Below, piece after piece: positions 1-8,999 of a DNA stretch of 64,000 nucleotides; within the stretch, counting starts at the first letter, position 1; each line of letters starts with the position of its first letter. The position numbers and the translations under genes were made by a program. The notes under the pieces are model-generated. The model saw nothing but the letters and a program-made list of their open reading frames with translations, did not search any database and was not told the DNA's origin. The stretch spans positions 1 through 64,000 of the IMG/VR virus record IMGVR_UViG_3300021256_000006. The stretch is one strand, 5' to 3'. This DNA comes from a virus.

Positions 1-240
1 CCACTCCCGACAGTCGCATTGAAACTCGTGGCGGTCGCTCTCCACTTCTCCGTAGCTTTTTCGATATAGGTTGCATGAGAAGTCAATCTTCACCACGCCC
101 TCCTTCTCGTAAATCTCACGGGCACGTTCCTCAATCTTCTTTGCTCTCATCCGAGCCGTGTGCACCAGTCGGTTGTAGTCCGTTTGCGTCAACTCCACCT
201 TGGGATTGACGTGGGTGTCTTTTAGAATCTTTTCTATCAT
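1..240 (-). CDS. hypothetical protein, C-terminus beyond window edge
   Basis: ATG at 240-238. 80 codons stay open to position 1 (MIEKILKDTHVNPKVELTQTDYNRL...). Absent from the ORF track because it is truncated. Confidence 0.4.
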   Translation of the reverse strand, partial: MIEKILKDTHVNPKVELTQTDYNRLVHTARMRAKKIEERAREIYEKEGVVKIDFSCNLYRKSYGEVESDRHEFQCDCREW

Positions 241-318
241 AGTTTCTTTTTCTTCTTTAATATTCTCGTATTGACCAACCTCCCTTTGTCCCACAGCTCC
301 ACGACCTCGACTTTCATG

Positions 319-849
319 TCAGGCTCTTGTGGTATCTTGATTATCTTCATTGATTTCCCTTTCTATTGATTGTAACACTCCTTCTATCTTTGCCTTTACG
401 CCTTCAAGAAACCCTTTTACCTCACACAAAGCAAGGTCTTTAGATTTGTAAGGGCCTGTCTCGTAGTAATCCTCACCGATGTCAACAGAAGCCTTGAATC
501 CTAACAACGAAACGTGCCAAGTGTCTAACTTAACTTCTGATGCAAACTTTTTCCCTTCGTTTATGCTTATCACTTTTTTCTGTTCCATCTGATGACCAAT
601 GGAAGCGCAAGCAAGAACGAACGGGTTGTTCTTTTCGTGTGCCCACTCGTCAGCCCGTTTGCAAACACGTTCCGTGAGTTTCATGGTCAGATCAACAACG
701 TAGTCCTCTTCCTTTCTTGCATAGACGTGCATGGCGCTGCAGCGAGCAAGAATCTCTATACCCACTTCTTCAGCATCTTCCCATGTAGATTCCTTCATTA
801 TATATTCCACACGCTCCATTGGAGTCATCTCACTTCTTTTCTTTCTCAT
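319..849 (-). CDS. hypothetical protein
   Basis: 176-aa ORF in a tight co-oriented gene string, 3-nt gap to the next ORF. Confidence 0.6.
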   Translation of the reverse strand: MRKKRSEMTPMERVEYIMKESTWEDAEEVGIEILARCSAMHVYARKEEDYVVDLTMKLTERVCKRADEWAHEKNNPFVLACASIGHQMEQKKVISINEGKKFASEVKLDTWHVSLLGFKASVDIGEDYYETGPYKSKDLALCEVKGFLEGVKAKIEGVLQSIEREINEDNQDTTRA

Positions 850-852
850 AAT

Positions 853-1287
853 TCAAATCATTGTTCCTTCTTCTTCAAAATGTTTACATTCGCCGAAACA
901 TCCAAATGTCGGCATGTCTTGGTCGTTCTCATTTTGTAGTTCGCAAAAAATCATGTACGGGCCATTATTATAGTCCCACCATACATCGGTGATATGCTTG
1001 CAGAAGAAACATCCACGAGGATGAGCATCGCACTTGTATTCGTCGCACTCATATACTTTCGTGAAATCCTTGCGCCTTGCTCTGAAATACGGCTTTGGCA
1101 TCGGCTTTCCTTCTCTTACGCATTTCAATATTCTCTCCCGATATTCGTCCATGCTCTTATAAAAGTCTTCAAAGAACTTGTCGGCATCGGGAAATTCAAT
1201 CTTTATAGGTTCTGCGTTTGGTCCTGTCAGTGGTATTCCGGGTGTATCCATAATTCTCCAATTCTCTAATTCTTTATAAACTTGCAA
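853..1287 (-). CDS. hypothetical Cys/His-rich protein
   Basis: 144-aa ORF with CDEYKCDAHPRGCFFCKH...CFGECKH. TTG at 1287; first ATG at 1251 is an alternative start. Confidence 0.55.
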   Translation of the reverse strand: MQVYKELENWRIMDTPGIPLTGPNAEPIKIEFPDADKFFEDFYKSMDEYRERILKCVREGKPMPKPYFRARRKDFTKVYECDEYKCDAHPRGCFFCKHITDVWWDYNNGPYMIFCELQNENDQDMPTFGCFGECKHFEEEGTMI

Positions 1288-1298
1288 CGAGTGAAGAA

Positions 1299-2057
1299 TC
1301 AGAAGTCGAAGAGCGACATCTGCTTGACGAAGTTTCCGTCCTTGCTGATGATTTCGCCTTTACACTCACGATTGAAACGCTCGCAGCCTTTGTCGAAGTA
1401 TTCCTTATCGAGTTCGCAACCCACGTAGTCATAGCCCAGCTTGTAGGCTGCGATACGACTTGACTGACTGCCCATCATGGGGTCAAAGATGCGGTCGCCT
1501 GGCTTGGCATAGTTCGTCAGCAGCCATGCGTACAGGGCGACAGGCTTTTGCGTGGGATGGATGCGCTGCTCGTTCAGCGACTTGTTGCCTTGCTGACCAA
1601 GCGCACGCCGAATGTCGATGTCGCAGTGCTCACCTTGGAACATTCCCATCCACATGTAGTGAACAATATCCGTCCGCAGGTCGAACGACTGCCATGCTAT
1701 CTCGCATCCGAACTGGTCGCTGTGGCCGTTCATCTTGTCCCACACCAGCATACCACCTTTCAGTCCGAAGTAATTGGCTCCCCAGATAATCTGATTCTCG
1801 CTAACCCGCATCAGTTCGTCGAAAAACTCCCGACGAGGTGCTTCTGCGTCCCAATCCTTCTTGCCGTAGTCATTTAGCGTGGCTGGCAGATACGAGCCGT
1901 TCTTCTGCCTAATCATGCCAGGCTTCTTTGCAGGCTTGTCGGCTCCTATGCCATACGGCGGGTCGGCAATCACCAACTGAAAAGCCTTGTCGGGTAATGT
2001 CCTCATATATTCGAGGCAATCGGTGTTGAATACTTCGCTTATCATATATTCGTTCAA
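1299..2057 (-). CDS. DNA methyltransferase, beta-class N6-adenine/N4-cytosine (DPPY)
   Basis: Motif IV VIADPPYGIG precedes the AdoMet motif IFDPMMGSQSS. HPTQKPVALYAWLL is typical of the PF01555-type family. Confidence 0.85.
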   Translation of the reverse strand: MNEYMISEVFNTDCLEYMRTLPDKAFQLVIADPPYGIGADKPAKKPGMIRQKNGSYLPATLNDYGKKDWDAEAPRREFFDELMRVSENQIIWGANYFGLKGGMLVWDKMNGHSDQFGCEIAWQSFDLRTDIVHYMWMGMFQGEHCDIDIRRALGQQGNKSLNEQRIHPTQKPVALYAWLLTNYAKPGDRIFDPMMGSQSSRIAAYKLGYDYVGCELDKEYFDKGCERFNRECKGEIISKDGNFVKQMSLFDF

Positions 2058-2080
2058 TTCGTGGGAAGTGCAAGAACCCT

Positions 2081-2593
2081 CTATCCCTTTTGCGACATCT
2101 TTTCCACAAGTTCCTTCACCTCTGAAAATGCAAACACATAATTCTTGCCAGCCTCCTCCTTTTCTTTTATAATCCTCTCCAGCTCGGCCAGGACAATTTT
2201 CTTTCCATACTCGATAGCATCAATATATGTAGGAGTGCGGCTGCTCTTTTTTAGACAGTCCCCCACAAAGTCAGAATTAACCTGTACCTGTTCTTTGGTT
2301 AGGTTGCCGCAGTAAGCAAGAAGGTTCTTTTCAACCTGCTCTTTCTGCCAATTAGCAATATCTAAGCATAGACCATAGAACACATTATAAGACTCAATTA
2401 CAGAATACTCATGTCCTGAATTTATCTCGTTCCATAGTTTTTTAACGACTTCTTCAAAGTCCTCACTTACAGGCTCTTCTTGCAATGCTTTAATAGCCAT
2501 ACCAATAGCCTCTATTCTTTGCTCATCGAGCCAACAATGCCCACCATTAGGGTACAATTGTTGTAGATATTTTATTGCTTCTTCTTTTGTCAT
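2081..2593 (-). CDS. hypothetical protein
   Basis: 170-aa ORF, co-oriented and tightly packed. Confidence 0.6.
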   Translation of the reverse strand: MTKEEAIKYLQQLYPNGGHCWLDEQRIEAIGMAIKALQEEPVSEDFEEVVKKLWNEINSGHEYSVIESYNVFYGLCLDIANWQKEQVEKNLLAYCGNLTKEQVQVNSDFVGDCLKKSSRTPTYIDAIEYGKKIVLAELERIIKEKEEAGKNYVFAFSEVKELVEKMSQKG

Positions 2594-2596
2594 ACC

Positions 2597-2788
2597 CTAC
2601 TCACTTATTAAATTCGTAACTTTATTGTACGATTCTGAGTTTAAATTGTATCTCGTACCATTTTTAAGGATAAGTATATAGTCTGTGTAACTAAAACCAC
2701 CTTCTATACGACAAGAACTAATTTCGTCAACATTAACAATTATTTCACCACATCTTCCTTGAGTGCGTAAACTAATAAATTGTGCCAT
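2597..2788 (-). CDS. hypothetical protein
   Basis: 63-aa ORF filling the gap between neighbours. Confidence 0.5.
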   Translation of the reverse strand: MAQFISLRTQGRCGEIIVNVDEISSCRIEGGFSYTDYILILKNGTRYNLNSESYNKVTNLISE

Positions 2789-2789
2789 A

Positions 2790-3023
2790 CTATTCTCCTT
2801 TCTGCGCTAAAACCTCTTCAAGTAAAATACAACTATCAGTGTCTGGTACACCATCGTCCATTATCCTACGAAACTCAATTTCTGCGCCATTACATAAGTC
2901 GGCTACTACATCATACCCAAGCCTTTCACTTGCAGCACTGGCCAACTTCTGCAACTTGTTTGACAAATCAATGTTTAATAATAAAACTTTGTCATTTAGA
3001 TTGATTATCTGCTTGTCTGTCAT
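2790..3023 (-). CDS. hypothetical protein
   Basis: 77-aa ORF, 1-2 nt spacing to neighbours. Confidence 0.5.
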   Translation of the reverse strand: MTDKQIINLNDKVLLLNIDLSNKLQKLASAASERLGYDVVADLCNGAEIEFRRIMDDGVPDTDSCILLEEVLAQKGE

Positions 3024-3025
3024 AG

Positions 3026-4441
3026 CTATTCCTCCCTTAGTTTCTTCAAGTGTTTATATAACCCCATAAGACAAGTACCATCTTTTTCAGCAGCAAGTTT
3101 AAGGACTTCAAGTTCATGCTCACTTGGCTTCCAAGTGGTCTGAGGTCTAAGGGATTTGAGTTTATCTTCAAGCCAACGTGAAATAATCTTCGTATCCCAT
3201 TTGTCTGTAGTTTTTTCCAAAGCATTTTTACATACAAGAAGATATTGGTCGTCCTCTTCACTCCACTCTCTTGTGGTTGTGCAATTCACTTCACAACCAA
3301 CTCTTTCTTTGAGTGATTTGAGCCAAAATTTTACATCGCCAAACCCATCAGGTGCTTTGTTATAATCTTCAAGAGTTTCTATCAAAGCAATAGTACTCTT
3401 AAACATTTTCTCATCCTCTTCACTCCAATAAGGCTTCTGCTCTTCTATGTGCGCCCACTCACTACCATCTACACAAGCTACGCACCCTTTTGTATTGTTA
3501 CAGCCTTCGCACTTATCAGGATCATCTTCAATCTTCTTCAATTCTTTCTTCTCAGCATTCCACTCATATTCGGCTTGTTTCATCTTAGCGAATAAGAGGT
3601 CACGTTGTTCTTTGGTTGCTGGAGTCGCATCTTTTCTTGAAGCAAGATTGGTATATGGAAGATTCCCATCGAACACCTCATAGCGATTACCATTTGTTAG
3701 ACAAAACCAAAATTCAATCTTCTTGTCTGTAATACTTTTGATTAGTTCAATACAATCATTCCCGTGACCATCATTAAAAGAAAGCACGTCACCTTCCTTT
3801 GCATCTTTAATTGTCCAATGGTGATGTAGTCTATCATATTCATTTATGTTGTATTCATCATCTTCAACGACATAATAATTATTGTACCTATCATGATGAA
3901 CTCCTAAGATTTGTCTTGCTTTTCCATCAAGCTTAGATACCGTCCAATCACCAACCTCAAACTTTGGTTCAGCCTTGTCAGTAGTTTTCTGCTCACCTTG
4001 CTTTTCATACCAATTTACAAAATGAACTACAACCTCATGAAATCCATCTTTAGTTGCAGTAAACTTATTATCGCAACTTAATTTTTCCCATATATTCTCA
4101 ATCTCTCCATCTAATGTATCGGCAGGATTGTTATATGGGAACTCACCTTCTGTTGGTAAACTGAATGAAATCTTCTGCTCACCTTTCTTTTCAAGCCAAG
4201 CAATAAACTCCTCGTTAGTAACAGCTTCAAACAACCTTTCTTCAGAGCCTTTAGTTTCTTGTATTAACACTCTCCGTATCATCTCATCCTCGCTCTCCTG
4301 AAGCTCGGGTAAAATATAGGTGATGTCCTGAAGGAAAGTCTTGCCGTTATAGGACAAGCGTTCCCAATTAGGCATCATCGCCCTTAATTGTTCAATAGCC
4401 TCGTCGTAGCGTTGAGCCTTTTCCTCAATTGATAATTCCAT
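3026..4441 (-). CDS. hypothetical protein
   Basis: 471-aa ORF. ATG at 4441 is preceded on the coding strand by a (GAAAAC)n leader and GAAAGACAGGC. Confidence 0.7.
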   Translation of the reverse strand: MELSIEEKAQRYDEAIEQLRAMMPNWERLSYNGKTFLQDITYILPELQESEDEMIRRVLIQETKGSEERLFEAVTNEEFIAWLEKKGEQKISFSLPTEGEFPYNNPADTLDGEIENIWEKLSCDNKFTATKDGFHEVVVHFVNWYEKQGEQKTTDKAEPKFEVGDWTVSKLDGKARQILGVHHDRYNNYYVVEDDEYNINEYDRLHHHWTIKDAKEGDVLSFNDGHGNDCIELIKSITDKKIEFWFCLTNGNRYEVFDGNLPYTNLASRKDATPATKEQRDLLFAKMKQAEYEWNAEKKELKKIEDDPDKCEGCNNTKGCVACVDGSEWAHIEEQKPYWSEEDEKMFKSTIALIETLEDYNKAPDGFGDVKFWLKSLKERVGCEVNCTTTREWSEEDDQYLLVCKNALEKTTDKWDTKIISRWLEDKLKSLRPQTTWKPSEHELEVLKLAAEKDGTCLMGLYKHLKKLREE

Positions 4442-4543
4442 GCCTGTCTTTCTTTTTCGTTTTCGTTTTCGTTATTCGCCCACCATCCGTCCAGCCCGTT
4501 GTTGTCAATTCGTTCAATTCGTCAAATTCGTCAAATTCGTGGG

Positions 4544-4720
4544 CTATTTTTTACACTTGTATAGTTGTGACTCCACGAGAGTTTTTAGTTGTTCCTGAGT
4601 CACCTCTATAATGACCTTTATTCCCTTCGGCTTTTTCTTCACGCAGTACTCTACAGAAAATTCTGATGTCCGCAGCAAATCAGCGAGACCGCTAATCACC
4701 TTCTCTCTTTGTTCTTCCAT
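4544..4720 (-). CDS. hypothetical small protein
   Basis: Internal ATG at 4720 of the 116-aa track ORF. It has the same upstream context (GAAAACGAAAAC..GAAAGACAGGCATGGAA) as the ATG at 4441. 58 aa. Confidence 0.45.
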   Translation of the reverse strand: MEEQREKVISGLADLLRTSEFSVEYCVKKKPKGIKVIIEVTQEQLKTLVESQLYKCKK

Positions 4721-4752
4721 GCCTGTCTTTCTTTTCCGTTTTCGTTTTCGTT

Positions 4753-5175
4753 TTAGTTTAACACCCGGAACAAGTAATACCCCGTCACCACCAGTCCCCA
4801 TAGGTTGAACAGCATCGGACTCACCACGTCCCTCCATTCTTCGGGACGAAAAACCAAAATACCAACGAGCATCACCATCCATACCAACGAGCAAATGAAA
4901 GCCATAAGGGTGACTGGCTTGACCGTTCTGTCCTGTCTTATAATCGCTTTACATAGAACCTTCAAAATCAATTTATTCTCTTTTTGGGTGAGAAATCTGT
5001 AAAGCATCTGTGAGACTTGTAGGCCATCGGCGCAACGAGAGACGGACTGATGCACTCCGTCTTTTTCCTTATCCATAGCAAGAAGCAGCACGGCTCTGTT
5101 CTCCGGATCCTTTTTGACGTGGATTTCAAAAGCCTTGTGCAGCGCTTGCACATCATTTAATAATTCACTTTCCAT
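4753..5175 (-). CDS. hypothetical membrane protein
   Basis: 140-aa ORF with a hydrophobic C-terminal half (LMAFICSLVWMVMLVGILVF...LWGLVVTGYYLF). Confidence 0.6.
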   Translation of the reverse strand: MESELLNDVQALHKAFEIHVKKDPENRAVLLLAMDKEKDGVHQSVSRCADGLQVSQMLYRFLTQKENKLILKVLCKAIIRQDRTVKPVTLMAFICSLVWMVMLVGILVFRPEEWRDVVSPMLFNLWGLVVTGYYLFRVLN

Positions 5176-5181
5176 GTTCTT

Positions 5182-5469
5182 TCAATGATTTGTTTTGGTT
5201 TTCGTTTTCGTTTTGGTTTTCGTTTCCTTCGGCAACTCAGGCAACGGCATCCAGTGCGAGATAATGCCACTATCCAATGTAGGTACACAAGGCAACAGGC
5301 TGAACTGCTGTGATTCTAACCTCCATCGGTCGGAAGGCTGATGCCCTTCAAGACGCGCAATGTCATGCACGCGAATGACGCGCTTCAGTCCTTCAATGTG
5401 CAGCTCGCGACACACCAGCACCATGTTGTTCACCTTTGGTAACTCGTCCTTTACACTAATCCACTCCAC
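5182..5469 (-). CDS. DUF551-like phage protein
   Basis: N-terminal WISVKDELPK and C-terminal SHWMPLPELP are hallmarks of DUF551. The tail KETKTKTKTKTKT is encoded by a GTTTTS hexamer array. Confidence 0.7.
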   Translation of the reverse strand: MEWISVKDELPKVNNMVLVCRELHIEGLKRVIRVHDIARLEGHQPSDRWRLESQQFSLLPCVPTLDSGIISHWMPLPELPKETKTKTKTKTKTNH

Positions 5470-5504
5470 TTTTAGTTAATTTATAATTTATAATGTATAA
5501 TTGA

Positions 5505-5678
5505 ATGTCAAAAGTCTAATGTCAAATGTCTAATGTCAAATGTCAAATGTCGGAGGTCTAAGGTCAAACAATTCCTCACTCCTAACTCCTCATTCCTAAC
5601 TCCTCATTCCTCACTCCTAACTCTTCATCCCTCATCCCTCATCCATCTTCCCTCATCCATCTTCCATCATACATCTTC
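5505..5678. repeat. heptamer-repeat array (TGTCAAA/GGTCTAA class followed by about 15 ANTCCTN heptads)
   Basis: Direct reading shows strict 7-nt periodicity over more than 150 nt. Pyrimidine-rich on the plus strand. Confidence 0.85.
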
Positions 5679-5679
5679 G

Positions 5680-5759
5680 TGGGGAGTAGCGGACTCGAAC
5701 CGCCAGCTCATTCCTACTGTTATGAAGAGATTGCCACATTGTTTCTCTTTTTTCTCCCC
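5680..5759 (-). other. tRNA-like element (perfect T-arm plus acceptor, non-canonical D/anticodon arms)
   Basis: Minus strand reads GGGGAGA...GGCGG-TTCGAGT-CCGCT-ACTCCCC-A. The acceptor pairs 6 of 7. The other two arms have 13- and 10-nt loops. Confidence 0.35.
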
Positions 5760-5874
5760 AAGTTGTTGGTGCGGCTCTCACGAGTGGCACCAACTCGTTA
5801 ATGTATTAAAACTAACTGTCATGGTTTCTACAAGACTCTAATATCTACTTATTGAAAACAAACTTCCTAAAGAA

Positions 5875-6062
5875 TGAACGGGGGAGGCGACAGATTTGGA
5901 GTACTGGTTGTTTGCTGTGTTTTGCCCCCCCCCGTTCACGGGGCCTTTCACCCCTGTCTTCCCAGGACCTCTATTCGCCTGTTGCAATACAGGCATTTGT
6001 ATCGAATGGGAGAGGGTGGTGGTAGTTTCGTGCCATCTGCCAGTGCTGGCTCGCCCTCTCCC
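5875..6062. ncRNA. candidate structured RNA (GC-rich multi-hairpin block)
   Basis: 10-bp stem TGAACGGGGG/CCCCCGTTCA (5875-5884/5929-5938). 6-bp hairpin GCCTGT/ACAGGC. 9-bp stem GGGAGAGGG/CCCTCTCCC (6008-6016/6054-6062) enclosing GCCAG-TG-CTGGC. No credible ORF. Confidence 0.3.
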
Positions 6063-6076
6063 AGGCAGCTCTTTAT

Positions 6077-6712
6077 CTATACGGCTCGCTCTACCTTGAC
6101 ATACTGCCAGCAGAGCTGCACTTCACCAATCTGCTTCATCACATCCTCTAAAGCATCATGAGGCGTATCAACTTTCTCTAATTGAAGTCCGCAGTCCTTG
6201 CAAAAGGATACAATACTCCGCACGTCCACCACATTCCAAAACTTCCAAGGAGTATGATAGCATTCTCCTACAGCACGACGCATGGCTTCATCCAGAATAG
6301 GAAGGTCAAAGTTAGCCACGCCACGACCCCAAATGTGAAGGTCATAATTTTCGTTCCACTGCTTGAAGAGTTCATATACAAGAATCATTTCTGATGTAAT
6401 GTCAATAGACTCTTTCTGCCCGTCCTGTATGCGCTGCCGTGCCTCCTCACTCTGACGGTTCCACCATTCTTCTGTATTGAAGTCACTTGTCATGTGCATC
6501 AACAACGAACTGATAATAGACACATGCTGATGGTGCGTGAGAATCGTGAGAGGAATGGAACCATCCAACGAGAATGTTTTGAAGGCGACACTCAACACGA
6601 TGCTCCCAGCTGATGTGCCTAACGTCTCCAGGTCAAGCATGACATCTAATCTTTCTTTTTCCTTTTTATATTCCATCTTTCTTAATTTGTCCAAAAACCT
6701 TTCCGTCTTCAC
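6077..6712 (-). CDS. DEDD-family 3'-5' exonuclease
   Basis: Exo I motif MLDLETLG and Exo III motif HDALEDV. Alternative starts at 6676 and 6640. Confidence 0.75.
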   Translation of the reverse strand: MKTERFLDKLRKMEYKKEKERLDVMLDLETLGTSAGSIVLSVAFKTFSLDGSIPLTILTHHQHVSIISSLLMHMTSDFNTEEWWNRQSEEARQRIQDGQKESIDITSEMILVYELFKQWNENYDLHIWGRGVANFDLPILDEAMRRAVGECYHTPWKFWNVVDVRSIVSFCKDCGLQLEKVDTPHDALEDVMKQIGEVQLCWQYVKVERAV

Positions 6713-7043
6713 TCAAAAAGGCTACGTCAATTCCCTTGCTCCAGCATTCTTTCATCTCTCTCCTGCAACCATTGCTTCCGTGCCATCCGGGGCAAAACAA
6801 TGCCAGCTCGCATTCCGAAAGCGCTTGAAGGTCTGCACTCATGTATTCTTCATAAGTAGGCTTGACAATATGACCCGCCTCGTCCATCTTCTGCTTCTCT
6901 AAACGGGAAGCAACATGAAACGGGTTGATGACCTCCCAGCCCTCATGGGCAATCGTCAAAAGGGCGGAGGTTCTTGCAGCATATTGCCAACGCTCCTGCT
7001 CTTCATATCCGCTGATGGGCAAACTTAAATAGACTTTCATCAT
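6666..7043 (-). CDS. DUF4406 / nucleoside 2-deoxyribosyltransferase-like protein
   Basis: MKVYLSLPISG N-terminus and LFCPGWHGSNGCRREMKEC match the DUF4406 pattern. Confidence 0.65.
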   Translation of the reverse strand: MMKVYLSLPISGYEEQERWQYAARTSALLTIAHEGWEVINPFHVASRLEKQKMDEAGHIVKPTYEEYMSADLQALSECELALFCPGWHGSNGCRREMKECWSKGIDVAFLSEDGKVFGQIKKDGI

Positions 7044-7063
7044 GCTGGTTTCTTTTTTCAGTG

Positions 7064-7071
7064 CAAAGATA
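7064..7071 (-). promoter_or_regulatory. Bacteroidota -7 box (TAtcTTTG on minus strand)
   Basis: CAAAGATA on the plus strand, 21 nt upstream of the ATG at 7043. Confidence 0.5.
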
Positions 7072-7250
7072 AACGAAAATAAGAAACTAATTACTATATT
7101 TGTATATGTTATAAAACATATTTCACAAACCGATTACTGTTTTTGTACGCTTGCTATAAGAAGTTTTCAAGACGCTCTTCGTAAATCCCTTCTTCGTCGG
7201 GCATGTTCAATAAATATTCTAACAATATCTGAATTCCTAATTCCTCACTC

Positions 7251-7739
7251 CTAACTCTCAAAGTCCTCCAACTTCACATCATACACACCACTCTCGTTGG
7301 GCATTGTCAACAAGAACTCCAGCAGCATCCTCGTCTTTTGTGCATTGGTTATCTTGGTCTCAACCAATTTAAGAAAATTCAAATACCAGTCCGAACAACT
7401 TGCCGCATCGTCTGAATCCTTCATGTAATAGAGAGGGCGGGCAAACGCACCGGCATTACACCTCGTGCTATGCACAGATTTTTGGAAGAGGAGAAACCTG
7501 TGCTTGTCCTCTCCGCTCAACGCCATCCCCATTTCCTTCAAGGTCTTTTCCGTTTCCATAAGAAACGAGTTGCATACATCTGCCAAGATGTAAGTAATGT
7601 TCAGGCTACTGATTGCCTGCCGTGCCTTCAGTATCGCCTCCTCCTCAGAAAGGTTCTTATTCCCCTTCATCAAATTCTCTTTATAGAAGTTCACCTGCTC
7701 CAGGAACTCCTTCTTCTCTTGCTCTGTCTGAAATACCAT
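7251..7739 (-). CDS. hypothetical protein
   Basis: 162-aa ORF flanked by heptamer arrays at 7231-7259 and 7779-7811. Confidence 0.6.
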   Translation of the reverse strand: MVFQTEQEKKEFLEQVNFYKENLMKGNKNLSEEEAILKARQAISSLNITYILADVCNSFLMETEKTLKEMGMALSGEDKHRFLLFQKSVHSTRCNAGAFARPLYYMKDSDDAASCSDWYLNFLKLVETKITNAQKTRMLLEFLLTMPNESGVYDVKLEDFES

Positions 7740-7809
7740 AATTCGTTTTGGTTGTTTAATTTGTTTGATTCGTAGAATAATTCCTCATTCCTCATTCCTA
7801 ATTCCTAAT

Positions 7810-8175
7810 TCAAAATAAACTCATCTGTTCTCCTGGTTCAATATCCGCATCTGTCTCTATGAACATCTTTCTGAATAGATGAAATAACACATCCACCACA
7901 ATGCTGTTACCTGCTAAGTGACACTGGCTTGTTCTGCTGATACCCGCAGCCTGTATCTTGTCAATGCTGGCATCATCGACACCCATCAACCGAAAGAGTT
8001 CTCGTTCCGTCAGTTTGCGGATTTTGAATTTCTTGCCTATCAGTTCGGGCGGCAATTTCAGACGGCCGCATCCAATTTCTTCAATATCCGCACAAGAGAA
8101 ATCAATAAGGCTCTCATCTGCCCAATCCATGCCAGCGAACAGGTCTTGCTGTGTTGCTTCTTCCATATCTGTCAC
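7810..8175 (-). pseudogene. C5-cytosine DNA methyltransferase, C-terminal part (motifs IX-X)
   Basis: KIRKLTERELFRLMG (motif IX) and AGNSIVV (motif X). There is no convincing own start; the track start is GTG. Confidence 0.75.
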
Positions 8176-8193
8176 TATTAAAGGCTCACGATT

Positions 8194-8201
8194 CCCCCCC
8201 C
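8194..8201 (-). repeat. G8 homopolymer (C8 on plus strand) on GGG codons
   Basis: Counted directly. A G7 tract would fuse ..VSPTINTMGG to NREPLIV..GNSIVV. Confidence 0.95.
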
Positions 8202-8595
8202 ATTGTGTTGATGGTGGGGCTCACTCCATCGGTTCCGTACACGTTTCCCGCAAAGCTGCCGCCCGTGAAGCCGTAGATATTGAACAATCTGTTTATTTTC
8301 ACTGTTTGCTATTATAAAGTTATTGCATTCAAACGATGATGTCGTGATTGCAGGACAGATGTCCGTAATTCCGCCATCAAAGTACCCGTGAGGCATCCGT
8401 ATCATTCGTATATCTCGCATATCAAACAATCTTTTGCTACACTTGTAACAGCATTAGCTATTTCATCCCCGAGCTCAATCCGTTGATGATGTTCCGAAGC
8501 ATGCCACTTGCCATCACTCCTTCCTCTCATCGCACAAGCCAGCACTTTCTTCTTCTTCATAAACTTCTACAATTAAAACCATCATCGTCTCAAAT

Positions 8596-8605
8596 CCCCC
8601 CCCCC
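8596..8605 (-). repeat. G10 homopolymer on GGG codons
   Basis: Counted directly. It ends the module ..NCIHTLAGGGI-stop. Confidence 0.95.
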
Positions 8606-8989
8606 GCAAGAGTGTGGATGCAGTTGACATAAGGATTGAGATGAACGCCAACCCAGTCACCTTTCTTGTCACGGCTCCTGCCTAATCCATATACCTTCCT
8701 TTTCATCTTCAGTTCGCATTATCCGTGTCAGGCTCCAAGAAAGGACAATCATCGTTGTACTGGCACACCCCACATATCCGCACATCGCCATGATTGCAAG
8801 TGCGGCTCTCATCATTCGTTGGTACTGACTTAGTTCTTCTCATATTCTATTATAAAAGGTACGACACCACCGTGAGGCCCTGCCGTGATGCAAGGGGCAA
8901 TTCCTGTTGGGTCATATATCTTTCCGTTCTGCTTGCTGTTCCACACCGTCCCCACAATCTTCGTACTCGGCGATGGCTGTTGCTCCGTA

Positions 8990-8999
8990 CCCCCCCCCC
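8990..8999 (-). repeat. G10 homopolymer on GGG codons
   Basis: Counted directly. A G11 tract would fuse ..NSLANFLRGGG to TEQQPSPSTKIVG... Confidence 0.95.

Noticed and set aside
5680-5759. A canonical tRNA gene.
   Set aside because: I could not build a 7-nt anticodon loop or a normal D-arm. The loops are 10 and 13 nt and the last acceptor pair is an A-A mismatch. It is kept only as a tRNA-like element.
5533-6161. ORFs 5533-5841, 5874-6161 and 5896-6099 in the non-coding gap.
   Set aside because: They run against the local gene direction. They are translations of heptamer arrays or of the GC-rich hairpin block, and no start signals are present.
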